NCBI GenBank assembly: GCA_964465775.1
Contig: CAYXLQ010000011.1
Coordinates: forward strand, 1-26,385
Direction: 5' to 3'
From: an uncultured Clostridiaceae bacterium
GTDB lineage: Bacteria > Bacillota > Clostridia > TANB77 > CAG-465
Length of the DNA: 26,385 nucleotides
In this document: positions 14,327 through 23,502 of the stretch, piece after piece
Layout of the letters: each line of letters opens with the position of its first letter
Position numbering within the stretch: the first letter of the stretch is position 1
Made by a program: the position numbers and the translations under genes
Notes under the pieces: generated by a model
The model's input: the letters and a program-made list of their open reading frames with translations, nothing else
What the model was told of the DNA's origin: nothing
Database searches by the model: none

Positions 14327-14998
14327 TTAATTTATTATATGTATAATTGTAGCCATTAAAATATTTATTACTATAGCTATAGCTCCAATTTTAACTACTT
14401 CCATGTAGTTGATTTTTACATCGTTTTTTTTCATCTTTTCTTCTTTTATTGCTTTTTTTTCTAATATTTGTTTTACCTTTTCTTCATTCTTTCTAATTTC
14501 ATAAAATTGTTGTTTTATGTCTAGCATAGAGAAAGAAGTTCTTTGTGCGTATTTATATTTTTTGCTTGTAGCATTACATAGATATGTTCCAAGTGCAACA
14601 ATAACAGATGTAACAAATATATCTATAATACTAGGAATAAAGTTTAATGCTATTGATTTAAATTTCCCATTTACTTCAGCATAATATATCATATCTCCAA
14701 CTATAATCAAAACATATGGTATATATGTGATAATTGGAATATAAAAATATGGCACTAAACCTGCTAAAAGCAATAACGCTAATATTAAACTCCTTTGTTT
14801 AATAACTTCTTTATAACTTCCCATTTGTTGAGTTTCTGATATGTCAATTGATTTCACATCACTACTTAATAATATAATTGTAGCTATTATAAATACTATT
14901 AAACCTATAAGAAATATGACTTTAGTTTTTTTAGATATATTTTCTTTTATAAATTTACTATTAAAAAGCTTTTTCTTTTTAATGTTTTCTTTTTCCAT
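14327..14998 (-). CDS. Multi-pass membrane protein, function unknown
   Basis: 223 aa with about 4-5 hydrophobic helices, a Lys/Glu-rich segment and a terminal TM. Its ATG abuts the rnr stop (TAAATG), suggesting translational coupling. Confidence 0.6.
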   Translation of the reverse strand: MEKENIKKKKLFNSKFIKENISKKTKVIFLIGLIVFIIATIILLSSDVKSIDISETQQMGSYKEVIKQRSLILALLLLAGLVPYFYIPIITYIPYVLIIVGDMIYYAEVNGKFKSIALNFIPSIIDIFVTSVIVALGTYLCNATSKKYKYAQRTSFSMLDIKQQFYEIRKNEEKVKQILEKKAIKEEKMKKNDVKINYMEVVKIGAIAIVINILMATIIHIIN

Positions 14999-16150
14999 TT
15001 AATCACCTATAATTTCAAAATCTATCTGTCTTAGCTGCTCATTCACTTTTATAACTTGTATTTTAACCTTTTGACCTAATTCAAATACCTTTTTGCTTCT
15101 ATCGCCAATTAACCTCATGTTTTTTTCATCATGTATATAATAATCATCCCTTAAGTTTTGCATTGTTACTAATCCTTCAACGGTATTATCTAATTTTATA
15201 TATATTCCGAATTTTGTAACCCCAGATATGATACCTTCATATTCATCACCTACATGTCTTTTCATGAATTTAGCCTTGTATAAGTCATCGCATTCTCTTT
15301 CAAGTTCTGTTGCAACCTTTTCTCTATCTGAGCTAATAAAAGAATATTCTTTAGCTTGTGCATATCTTTTTGATAATGTTTTTTCATCAGGGTTATATCC
15401 GTTTGCTATATATTCTGAAATTACTCTGTGAATAAATAAATCAGGATACCTTCTAATTGGAGATGTAAAGTGACAATAATATTTGAATGCAAGTCCAAAA
15501 TGTCCTAAACATAATTCACTATATTTAGCAATTTTAAGTGATCTAAGTATTAATGCTGATATAACCGTTTGTTTCTTTTCATCATCTGTTTTAATAACTT
15601 CATCCATTACATCCGATATAGCTTTAGGATGAATTTTATTTAAACCTTTTATGCTAGCGTTAATTCCTAAATTCTTTAAAGTTTCATTTAGCTCTCTTAA
15701 TTTTTCTACATCTGGTTCTTCATGTATTCTATATATAAATGGTGCTTCAATATGAAAAAATGTTTCCGCAATAACTTGATTACTAGCTAACATAAATTCT
15801 TCTATTATATTATTTGCAAACCCAACCTTATATGCTTCTATGTTGCTAACTTCTCCTTTTTCATCTAATGTTATTTTACTTTCTGGAAGATCAAAGTTAA
15901 TACTTCCTTCTTTACTTCTCTTATTCTTTAATATTCTAGCAAGTTTTGCCATTAATTCTATGTCTTCTATATAATCCACATATTCATATAATGTTTCTTT
16001 ATTACTTCTATCTATAACTTGTTGTACTTTTTCATAAGTCATTTTCTTAGTTACATTTATAACCGCCTTATATATCTTATTTGATATAATATTTCCTTCT
16101 TTATCAAATACCATATCTATCGCTAAACTTAATCTATCTTCTCCGTGCAT
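14999..16150 (-). CDS. rnr: Ribonuclease R, C-terminal part (RNB domain remainder plus S1 domain), split from the N-terminal part by a frameshift
   Basis: The 383-aa ORF begins HGEDRLSLAIDM, which continues the RNB motif. It contains HFGLAFKYYCHFTSPIRRYPD and a C-terminal S1 domain (GIISGVTKFGIYIKL). Confidence 0.9.
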   Translation of the reverse strand: MHGEDRLSLAIDMVFDKEGNIISNKIYKAVINVTKKMTYEKVQQVIDRSNKETLYEYVDYIEDIELMAKLARILKNKRSKEGSINFDLPESKITLDEKGEVSNIEAYKVGFANNIIEEFMLASNQVIAETFFHIEAPFIYRIHEEPDVEKLRELNETLKNLGINASIKGLNKIHPKAISDVMDEVIKTDDEKKQTVISALILRSLKIAKYSELCLGHFGLAFKYYCHFTSPIRRYPDLFIHRVISEYIANGYNPDEKTLSKRYAQAKEYSFISSDREKVATELERECDDLYKAKFMKRHVGDEYEGIISGVTKFGIYIKLDNTVEGLVTMQNLRDDYYIHDEKNMRLIGDRSKKVFELGQKVKIQVIKVNEQLRQIDFEIIGD

Positions 16151-17150
16151 TTAAACTGCATATTCCGTTTGATAACTCTTTAGGAAGCATTGGTACTACA
16201 CTACCAGGAGTATATATGCTTGTACCTCTTAATATCGCTTCTTTATCTATCTTGCTTTTTTCTTTTACGTAGTGACTTACATCTGCTATATGAACTGATA
16301 ATAAATAATTTCCTTCTTTTGTTAGTTCTACAATAACAGCATCATCTAGATCCTTTGCATCTTCAGAGTCTATTGTAAATATCTTTTTATTTCTTTTATC
16401 TTCTCTATTTTCGAAGTTTACTTCTACTTTTTCTTTGGATACGAAGTCTGCTTCATCTAAAACTTCTTGTGAAAAACTTGTTCTAATAGAATAGCTAGAA
16501 AAAATCATTTCCCTATCTATGCCTATATCGTTTGCTGCTCCTATTTTTTCAACTACTTTACCTTCCGCTTTTCTATGAATTGTTGGATAGTTAGTAATCC
16601 TAGCTACAACCCTATCTCCATCTTCTATACCAAACATAGACTTCCCAGGAATATATATATCATCTATACTTGGATTAAGTGGAACTACGAATCCAAAACC
16701 ATTACCCTTTTGGAAAACACCTGTAATCGTTTCCTTGCTTTTCTCAATTATTTTTATAATTTTTCCCTCTAAGCTTTTCCCTTCCTGTTCTTTAGATACT
16801 TCTATTAATACAATATCACCATGAAAAGCGTTTAGTGAATTTTCTTTATGAACATATACATCAATTTTTTTAGTTTTATCCTCTAATATTGCTCTACCAA
16901 ACCCAAACCCTCTTGCTTTAGTTTCATATTTACATACATATTTATTAGTTCCTCCTAAAGGAACTATTCTTTTACTATCGTCATAATATATGTATCCTTC
17001 TTTTTCCAGTAAATATAAAGTTTTTTCATATTCTTTATAATCTGTTTTAGGTACACTAAAGATGACTGCAATTTGTTTTGCCGTCATCTTTTTATATTCT
17101 TTTAAATTAATGTATTCTATTAATTTTTGTTTTATTGTTTCATTTTTCAC
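16134..17150 (-). CDS. rnr: Ribonuclease R, N-terminal part (HTH, cold-shock-like domains, start of RNB)
   Basis: 338-aa ORF containing FTIDSEDAKDLDDAV (RNB motif I). It ends ...LPKELSNGICSLNARRR*, and the conserved CSLN...DRL motif continues in the overlapping frame. Confidence 0.9.
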   Translation of the reverse strand: MKNETIKQKLIEYINLKEYKKMTAKQIAVIFSVPKTDYKEYEKTLYLLEKEGYIYYDDSKRIVPLGGTNKYVCKYETKARGFGFGRAILEDKTKKIDVYVHKENSLNAFHGDIVLIEVSKEQEGKSLEGKIIKIIEKSKETITGVFQKGNGFGFVVPLNPSIDDIYIPGKSMFGIEDGDRVVARITNYPTIHRKAEGKVVEKIGAANDIGIDREMIFSSYSIRTSFSQEVLDEADFVSKEKVEVNFENREDKRNKKIFTIDSEDAKDLDDAVIVELTKEGNYLLSVHIADVSHYVKEKSKIDKEAILRGTSIYTPGSVVPMLPKELSNGICSLNARRR

Positions 17151-17170
17151 TAATTACAACCTCTTTATCT

Positions 17171-17407
17171 TTATTTAGTTATTGCAATAGTTGTTAAAAA
17201 ACAAAGAATTATAAATACAATACTGAATACTATTGTAAGTTTTGATAATACTCCATCTAATGTTTTGCCTTTATTTGCACCATAGAAAGTGTTTCCGCCA
17301 GTTATTGACGATTTACTTTCTTTTGATGATTGTTTCATTACTATAACTATTATAATAACACCTACTACCAATGTAGCAATTGATAATGTCCATGCTATCC
17401 ATCCCAT
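17171..17407 (-). CDS. secG: Preprotein translocase subunit SecG
   Basis: 78 aa with two TM helices flanking a Gly/Ser/Lys loop (MKQSSKESKSSITGGNTFYGANKGK). The size, pattern and conserved position upstream of rnr match the Firmicute secG-rnr arrangement. Confidence 0.75.
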   Translation of the reverse strand: MGWIAWTLSIATLVVGVIIIVIVMKQSSKESKSSITGGNTFYGANKGKTLDGVLSKLTIVFSIVFIILCFLTTIAITK

Positions 17408-17559
17408 AACTTAAATCCCTCCATTTGTGTTTAAATTCGTTAGTATTATATCATACCATTATATTATTTACAATTATTTTTTCGAAAGTCTACAATAAAC
17501 TCTCGTATCTAAAAAAGTCTTCTACTTTTATTACTAATTTTTATATATAATTCTATCTC

Positions 17560-18648
17560 TTAATTAGCATTATCTACTTGAGTATTAATCTCATCTATCA
17601 ATTTATTTATATCATTTATATTAAAATCTGTTATATCATCATCCTTTATTTTATATTTTTCTTTCATTTTTAAGATTCTACTTACACTTTCATCTATTCT
17701 TTCATTTTTTATAAATCCCCTTTTAACAGCTGTATGTATTCTATTTATTATTTTTGTTTTATTTCTATGAGATTTATTAATCATGATGATATCTGTTCCT
17801 GCTTTTATAGTTCTCATAGCTGCCCTTGTTATTCCAAACATTAACTCAATTGATTTCATTGACAAGTCATCTGTTATTACTAGCCCATCATATTTTAATT
17901 CTTTTCTAATTATATTCGATATTACTTGTTTTGATAAGGATGCTGGATGAATAGAATTTAATCTTGATACAATTAGATGTCCTACCATAATTGCATCCGC
18001 TCCATTATTCATTGCATTTATAAAAGGAAGCATATCTTCATGTTTTAACCTATTTAGATTCTTATATATAATAGGTGACATTATATGTGAATCTATTCTT
18101 CCAGTCCCATGTCCTGGAAAGTGTTTTATTACTGAAAGTACATCATTGTCCTTTAATCCTTTCATTACACTTATTCCGTTTTCAGAAACTGTTTTAGCAT
18201 CTAATCCTAAACATCTATCTCCCAAATGAACGTTATGCCTAACACTACCTATGTCCAAAACTGGAGCAAAATTCATATTTATCCCTATATCATTTAACAT
18301 TTTTCCTATAACGCAACCTGATTTATAGCACAAATCCTTACCGATATTAGATATCTTTTTTGCACTTCTCAAGTTATGGATTTCTGCTGGCATCCTATTT
18401 ACTCTTCCACCCTCTTGATCAACAGATATGAAAAGCGGTACCTTATTATTTTCATTCAACTTTTTCAATCCATTTATTAAAGTTATAAGTTGCTCTACAC
18501 TAACTATGTTTTTTCTATATAATATTACCCCACCAACTTTACCTTGAGTTATAAGTTGCTTAGTAAGGCAATCTATTTCGGTGCCTGGAATGCCTATTAT
18601 AATCATTTGTCCTATTTTTTCTTGCATTGATAATTCATTTATGTTCAT
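17560..18648 (-). CDS. nagZ: Glycoside hydrolase family 3 beta-N-acetylhexosaminidase
   Basis: 362 aa. GH3 N-terminal domain motifs are present: IGQMIIIG, VDQEGGRVNR, KHFPGHG, LVITDDLSM. Confidence 0.8.
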   Translation of the reverse strand: MNINELSMQEKIGQMIIIGIPGTEIDCLTKQLITQGKVGGVILYRKNIVSVEQLITLINGLKKLNENNKVPLFISVDQEGGRVNRMPAEIHNLRSAKKISNIGKDLCYKSGCVIGKMLNDIGINMNFAPVLDIGSVRHNVHLGDRCLGLDAKTVSENGISVMKGLKDNDVLSVIKHFPGHGTGRIDSHIMSPIIYKNLNRLKHEDMLPFINAMNNGADAIMVGHLIVSRLNSIHPASLSKQVISNIIRKELKYDGLVITDDLSMKSIELMFGITRAAMRTIKAGTDIIMINKSHRNKTKIINRIHTAVKRGFIKNERIDESVSRILKMKEKYKIKDDDITDFNINDINKLIDEINTQVDNAN

Positions 18649-18816
18649 TTAGAATCCCACCTTTTTTATTAGTATTATACCAAAACAAGACAAATATTGT
18701 ATAGTATTTTATGATAATATATAAATATTGTCGGTTTTTAAGGTTATATGACTTTAAATTATAAAAACCATATAAAATATTGTTTAATAAATATAATTAC
18801 AGAATGATAATAATTA

Positions 18817-18857
18817 AAACAAATGCTTTCTAATATTTCAGAAGGCATTTGTTTTTT
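18817..18857. terminator. Hairpin terminator directly after pgeF
   Basis: aaacaaatgctttct / agaaggcatttgttt forms a stem (one wobble pair). It is flanked by T6 on the plus strand and TTTTAATT on the minus strand. Confidence 0.55.
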
Positions 18858-19679
18858 CTATATTAATTCTATTATACTTATTTGGACACCGTAGTTTGGT
18901 TCTCCTAATTCTGTCTTTCTTCTATAAGAGAAAAACTTATCAACATTACAGCAAGTACATATTTTTTCATTAAATATATTTTCTTCTTTAACACCCGCCT
19001 GAGTAAGTTCTTTTGTTATTACATATGGAAAATCTACATGTATCCATCCCTCAGCATCTTCTTTTACGTATTCATCTTGGTAATCCCAAAAACTTTTAAG
19101 TCCTTCTACTAAAGCCTTATCTTTAGTTTTCCAACAACAACTTTGTATGCTTGGACTATGACTGCATATTATATCAGCTGGGTTTGTTCCAAATTCATTA
19201 ACCATCTTTTCTAATGTTTTTAATGCTATCCTTTTAGTTGTTCCTTTCCATCCGCTATGAATATTCGCAACTACATTATTTTTGGGATCATATAATACTA
19301 TAGCATTACAATCTGCTATTGTTATTATTAGTGGAACGTTTTTCATATTAGTAATCATACTATCTGCTACAATATCATGATGACTACTAAAAAGGTAATC
19401 CTTTTTATTCTTTTCTGTTATAACTACAATTTCATCTGTATGATCCTCATATACACATACTGCATTTTCTTTATTAAAGTTTAATTTACTACAAACAATT
19501 TCTAAATTTTTATAAACATTATTTCTATCTTCTACATTTTTAAATGCAATATTTAATGATTCGTATGGAAATTTACTAACGCCTCCTAGTCTAGTTGTAA
19601 CGAAATAATTTACTTTATCTTTATACTTTTTAAATGCTTCTGATTCATATACTAATAATCCATTTATTTCTGTAATCAT
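18858..19679 (-). CDS. pgeF: Peptidoglycan editing factor PgeF (YfiH/YlmD, DUF152 laccase-domain protein)
   Basis: 273 aa. Motifs: TADCNAIVLYD, ANIHSGWKGT, and C-terminal CTCCNVDKFFSYRR, as in the YfiH family. Confidence 0.8.
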   Translation of the reverse strand: MITEINGLLVYESEAFKKYKDKVNYFVTTRLGGVSKFPYESLNIAFKNVEDRNNVYKNLEIVCSKLNFNKENAVCVYEDHTDEIVVITEKNKKDYLFSSHHDIVADSMITNMKNVPLIITIADCNAIVLYDPKNNVVANIHSGWKGTTKRIALKTLEKMVNEFGTNPADIICSHSPSIQSCCWKTKDKALVEGLKSFWDYQDEYVKEDAEGWIHVDFPYVITKELTQAGVKEENIFNEKICTCCNVDKFFSYRRKTELGEPNYGVQISIIELI

Positions 19680-19691
19680 TAACTTTCTCCT

Positions 19692-20747
19692 TTATTTTCT
19701 AAACATTCTTTTTAGTCTTTTTCTAATAATTTGTATTGATGGTAACATTTTAGTATATATAAAGTAGAAACCTTTATTATATACCTTATTTATTTCTCCT
19801 ATAAATTCTGTTACACCTTCCTGTCTACAAAACCCCTCTTTAAATTTAAACAATCCATTTGTTTTGTCTAAAACATATACTCCTCCAAAATCATATAAAT
19901 CGCATTTACATTCTAATCCCCAACGTATCATTTCCTGTTGCATTAAATAGTTAGGCATTAGATTTCTTTTTTCATTTGAGCTTGCCCCATATAAATAAAA
20001 CATTTTCCCACCATAGTTTATAGCTATTGCAGCAGATAGAGCTTCTCCAGCATGCTCTGCAACATATATTCTTAAATTTTTTTCATCAAATGTCTTTAAC
20101 ATTTTTTCAAAATAATTAAATTCCCTCCATGCAATCTTTTCTCTAGTACTCATTATAATATATAAATCATGGAATATTTTTAAATCTTCTAACTCTCTTG
20201 AATGCCTTACTGTAACTCCTTTTCTTGCTGACAATCTAATATTATATCTGGTTTTTTCGCTATATCCTTTTAATAATTCTTCTTCTGTCTTGTCTTTTAT
20301 ATCTAGTATCATATTATATCTTGGTTGAATCAATTCTTCTTTACTAGTGTTTTTATTTAGAACATTAAACCCTCTTTTTTTATATTCTTCTTCTAGTTTT
20401 CCATCATACATATATTCAGGATCAAACTTAAAAACAAAGGCTTTATACTTTTTAGCTATATTATCAACTTCTTGCATAATTTTATTTATTTTATCTAAAT
20501 CAGTTATATCACCTACTGGTCCTCTTGGTGAATAAATAAGAGTTTTACCAAAAGCTACTTTTCTTATAAGTAATAACATTGCCATTACTATCTCATTGTT
20601 TTCTTCAATATATATATACTCCGACTCCCACTCGCTCTTTACATTAACCCAATTATATGATTGCATAAGGCTAGCACCCCTGTAGTTTTCTATAAAGTCG
20701 CGGTATTTTTTCACTTGTTCATTATTTGTTTTATCTAATATTGCCAT
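19692..20747 (-). CDS. FemAB-family aminoacyl-tRNA-dependent peptidoglycan branch/bridge transferase (FemX-like)
   Basis: 351 aa. The start FIENYRGASLMQSYNWVNVKSEW and the two GNAT-like halves match FemX-type lipid II aminoacyl transferases in length and layout. Confidence 0.75.
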   Translation of the reverse strand: MAILDKTNNEQVKKYRDFIENYRGASLMQSYNWVNVKSEWESEYIYIEENNEIVMAMLLLIRKVAFGKTLIYSPRGPVGDITDLDKINKIMQEVDNIAKKYKAFVFKFDPEYMYDGKLEEEYKKRGFNVLNKNTSKEELIQPRYNMILDIKDKTEEELLKGYSEKTRYNIRLSARKGVTVRHSRELEDLKIFHDLYIIMSTREKIAWREFNYFEKMLKTFDEKNLRIYVAEHAGEALSAAIAINYGGKMFYLYGASSNEKRNLMPNYLMQQEMIRWGLECKCDLYDFGGVYVLDKTNGLFKFKEGFCRQEGVTEFIGEINKVYNKGFYFIYTKMLPSIQIIRKRLKRMFRK

Positions 20748-20765
20748 TTAATACTCCTTTGCAAA

Positions 20766-22160
20766 TTATATTTTTTTCACTTGTTGTCCTTCTTTTGAAT
20801 CTACAACAACATAACCTTTTTCTTTAAGAATATCTCTTATTTCATCCGAAAGTGCAAAATCTTTTTGATTTCTTGCTTCTTTTCTTCTATTTAATAATTC
20901 TTGTATCTCTATATCTATTTCTAATGTTACTTCTTCTGTTTTTTGATATATTTTATCTATATCAAGTGATAGAACATCATCAAATTCCAACAAAAGATTT
21001 GCTATTTGTTTAGATTTTTCTTGAATCCTTGCAAGTTCCCAAGTAATAGCAAGGGCTACTGGAAAATTAAGATCATCATTTAATGCTTCTTTAAACTTCT
21101 TTCTATATTCTTCTAGTTTGTTCGAATCAAAGCTTTCTATTCCATTATTATGTTCTTTATATGCTTCTTTTAATCTATCTAATGCCTTCTGACTTGAATC
21201 TAATGAAGCCCATGTAAAATTCAATTTGTTTCTATAGTGTGAAGTGTATGACATATATCTTAAGGCTAAAGCTGAATATCCTTTTTCTTCAATATCTGAA
21301 ACCGTATAATTATTATTTAGGCTCTTAGACATTTTTCCGCCATCTACTTGCAAGAATTCAACATGCATCCAATATTTTGCAGGATTTGTTCCATATGCAC
21401 CTTTTGATTGAGCTATTTCATTTTCATGATGTATTGGAATATGGTCAATTCCTCCCGTGTGTATGTCAAATTCCTCCCCTAAATATTTGTTTCCCATTGC
21501 TGAACATTCAATATGCCAACCTGGATAGCATACTCCCCATTTACTGTCCCATTTCATTATGTGTTCCTTAGGTGCTTTTATCCAAAGAGCAAAATCTAAT
21601 GGGTTTTTCTTTTCTACATCCACAGCAATTCTAGCTCCCGCTTTATTTTCTTTTAAATTAGCTTTAGATAGTTCACCATAACTATTTAATTTTTCAGTAT
21701 TGAAATATATTCCCTTAGATGTTTCATATGCGTAACCATTTTTTTCAATCTTTAATACGTAATCTTCCATCTCTTTAACATGCTCTGTAGCTTTTGCGAT
21801 TATTTCAGGCAATTCTATATTAAGTTTGTTACAGTCAACTAAAAAAGCTTCTGTATACTTTTTCGAGATATCCCAAGGAGATAGTTTTTGTTCTCTTGCT
21901 GCCTTGTTCATCTTGTCTTCTCCCTCATCTGCATCTGAAGTCATATGCCCAACATCTGTTATGTTCATAACATGTTTTAATGTATATCCATTAAGTTTTA
22001 GAACTTTTCTTAAGGCGTCCATAAATAAATATGCTCTCATGTTTCCAATATGAGCATAATAATAAACTGTAGGACCACATGTATATATTCTTACCTCTTT
22101 ATCATCTAATGGTTTAAATTCTTCTTTTTTCCTAGATAGTGTGTTGTATATTTTAAGCAT
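20766..22160 (-). CDS. cysS: Cysteinyl-tRNA synthetase
   Basis: 464 aa. Motifs: CGPTVYYYAHIGNMR (HIGH), KMSKSLNN (KMSKS), WHIECS zinc site. Confidence 0.95.
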   Translation of the reverse strand: MLKIYNTLSRKKEEFKPLDDKEVRIYTCGPTVYYYAHIGNMRAYLFMDALRKVLKLNGYTLKHVMNITDVGHMTSDADEGEDKMNKAAREQKLSPWDISKKYTEAFLVDCNKLNIELPEIIAKATEHVKEMEDYVLKIEKNGYAYETSKGIYFNTEKLNSYGELSKANLKENKAGARIAVDVEKKNPLDFALWIKAPKEHIMKWDSKWGVCYPGWHIECSAMGNKYLGEEFDIHTGGIDHIPIHHENEIAQSKGAYGTNPAKYWMHVEFLQVDGGKMSKSLNNNYTVSDIEEKGYSALALRYMSYTSHYRNKLNFTWASLDSSQKALDRLKEAYKEHNNGIESFDSNKLEEYRKKFKEALNDDLNFPVALAITWELARIQEKSKQIANLLLEFDDVLSLDIDKIYQKTEEVTLEIDIEIQELLNRRKEARNQKDFALSDEIRDILKEKGYVVVDSKEGQQVKKI

Positions 22161-22205
22161 TAAATTTACCCTCTTTCCTTATATTACATATTATTTATTT
22201 GAAAC

Positions 22206-22234
22206 ATTATATATTACTATTTATACTTTTTCAA
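22206..22234 (-). promoter_or_regulatory. Sigma-A promoter for cysS-femX-pgeF
   Basis: On the minus strand: TTGAAA (22229-22234), 17-nt spacer, TATAAT (22206-22211). This leaves only a ~45-nt leader, so there is no room for a T-box. Confidence 0.5.
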
Positions 22235-22300
22235 GGTGGAACGCTTTAATCTTTAACTGAAATTTGTTTTAATCTTTCTAATTGTTTTTTAATGTATTGT

Positions 22301-23269
22301 TTAATCAGCCCAATGAATCTTATAAATTGATGTTATCTCATTATCATTTAATGCCCTATTATATATTCTAACGTCATCTATAACACCATCGGTTTGCCAA
22401 CCATATAAAGTTCCTATTCTCAAATCAGAGCTATTGGTTAAACTTCCTTTTATTGTACTTATATCAATTTCATGGTCTTGCTTTATCCCATTGATATATG
22501 CTGAAACTTTATTTATATTTCTATCTACAACATAAACTATATGACTCCATTTATTTAATAAGTTCGGAGGTCTAGAATCAACATTAAATATTAGTTTCCT
22601 TCGTATTTTATTTGTTCCGTCATTTAAAGCAACATCCACTCCTTCACTTGTATAACCGTGTCCAAAATCCCAACCTACGTTGTTCCCCGTGTAGGCACCA
22701 GAAGATTTATTTATTGCCCCAAAAGTTTTTGGATAAGTATAGTCTCTATAATATAACCACATGGATACTGTAAATGAGTTAAGTGAAAAAGACTCGTCAT
22801 TAAAAACATTTATACCACCATTAGCAGCGATACTACTAGCTTTATCTATTTCCCCAAATCTATTCGTTGTTGAAATACAGTTGGTTTGAGTAGCATTGTT
22901 TTGATATTCAGTTTTATCTGCCATAAATGTTCCGCTTTTATATTCACCTAATGGCATATCCAATACTAGTCCGTTTGTATAATCCGAATTTACTCCCAAT
23001 TCATCTAACCAAATTCTCTGATTATCATTTGGATTTCTATATTCTATTTTTCCTTTTATAACATCAAGTGTTTCTTCATCAAACTTGTTTGCTGATTTTA
23101 TATCATTCTTTTTAGGATATATATGGCTTCCATCTTCCTGAATGTTTACATATAAACTTATTTCATGTTGTATATTTTTTATATCTGATTTAAATACAGC
23201 TTCACTAGATTTTTCTATAATATTGCTTTCTCTAATAAATGAAATTATTCCCCCTGCTAATATTATCAT
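22301..23269 (-). CDS. Membrane-anchored LamG (Laminin_G_3 / concanavalin-like) domain protein; true start probably at 23324 after frame correction
   Basis: 322-aa ORF. The C-terminal LamG signature is WSHIVYVVD...AYINGI...LRIGT...GVIDDVRIYNRALNDNEI. The ORF opens in the middle of a TM helix. An ATG with RBS AGGGGT at 23324 is one frame off. Confidence 0.75.
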   Translation of the reverse strand: MIILAGGIISFIRESNIIEKSSEAVFKSDIKNIQHEISLYVNIQEDGSHIYPKKNDIKSANKFDEETLDVIKGKIEYRNPNDNQRIWLDELGVNSDYTNGLVLDMPLGEYKSGTFMADKTEYQNNATQTNCISTTNRFGEIDKASSIAANGGINVFNDESFSLNSFTVSMWLYYRDYTYPKTFGAINKSSGAYTGNNVGWDFGHGYTSEGVDVALNDGTNKIRRKLIFNVDSRPPNLLNKWSHIVYVVDRNINKVSAYINGIKQDHEIDISTIKGSLTNSSDLRIGTLYGWQTDGVIDDVRIYNRALNDNEITSIYKIHWAD

Positions 23270-23444
23270 TATTACTATTGTTATTACTAATATAATAATA
23301 CTTACTCCGCTTTTTGTTTTCCATATTCCTACCCCTAGTTCTTATCTTCTACATAATTTTATATTATATTAAAACTTTTTTCAACTATATTTACTTTACA
23401 TTTACATTGTGCATTTTTATATTTTTTCATCTCACTATATAAAT

Positions 23445-23480
23445 AAAAAACACTATACAAGATCTTGTATAATGTTTTTT
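23445..23480. terminator. Palindromic bidirectional terminator after the LCP gene
   Basis: cactatacaagatcttgtataatg forms a near-perfect hairpin flanked by A6 and T6 runs. Confidence 0.55.
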
Positions 23481-23502
23481 ATTTGTTTAACTTTTTCTGT
23501 TA

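Noticed and set aside
22231-22246. Plus-strand string tcaaggtggaacgc resembling the T-box core GGGTGGTACCGCG, upstream of cysS
   Set aside because: It is on the wrong strand for cysS and matches only about 9 of 13 positions. The cysS leader between the TATAAT box and the ATG is about 45 nt, far too short for a T-box riboswitch.
23250-23324. N-terminus of the LamG protein as a type IV prepilin leader (KSG/VSIIILV...)
   Set aside because: It lacks the G-F-T-L-I-E consensus, in particular Glu at +5, and no pilus genes are nearby. It is better read as a plain signal-anchor.
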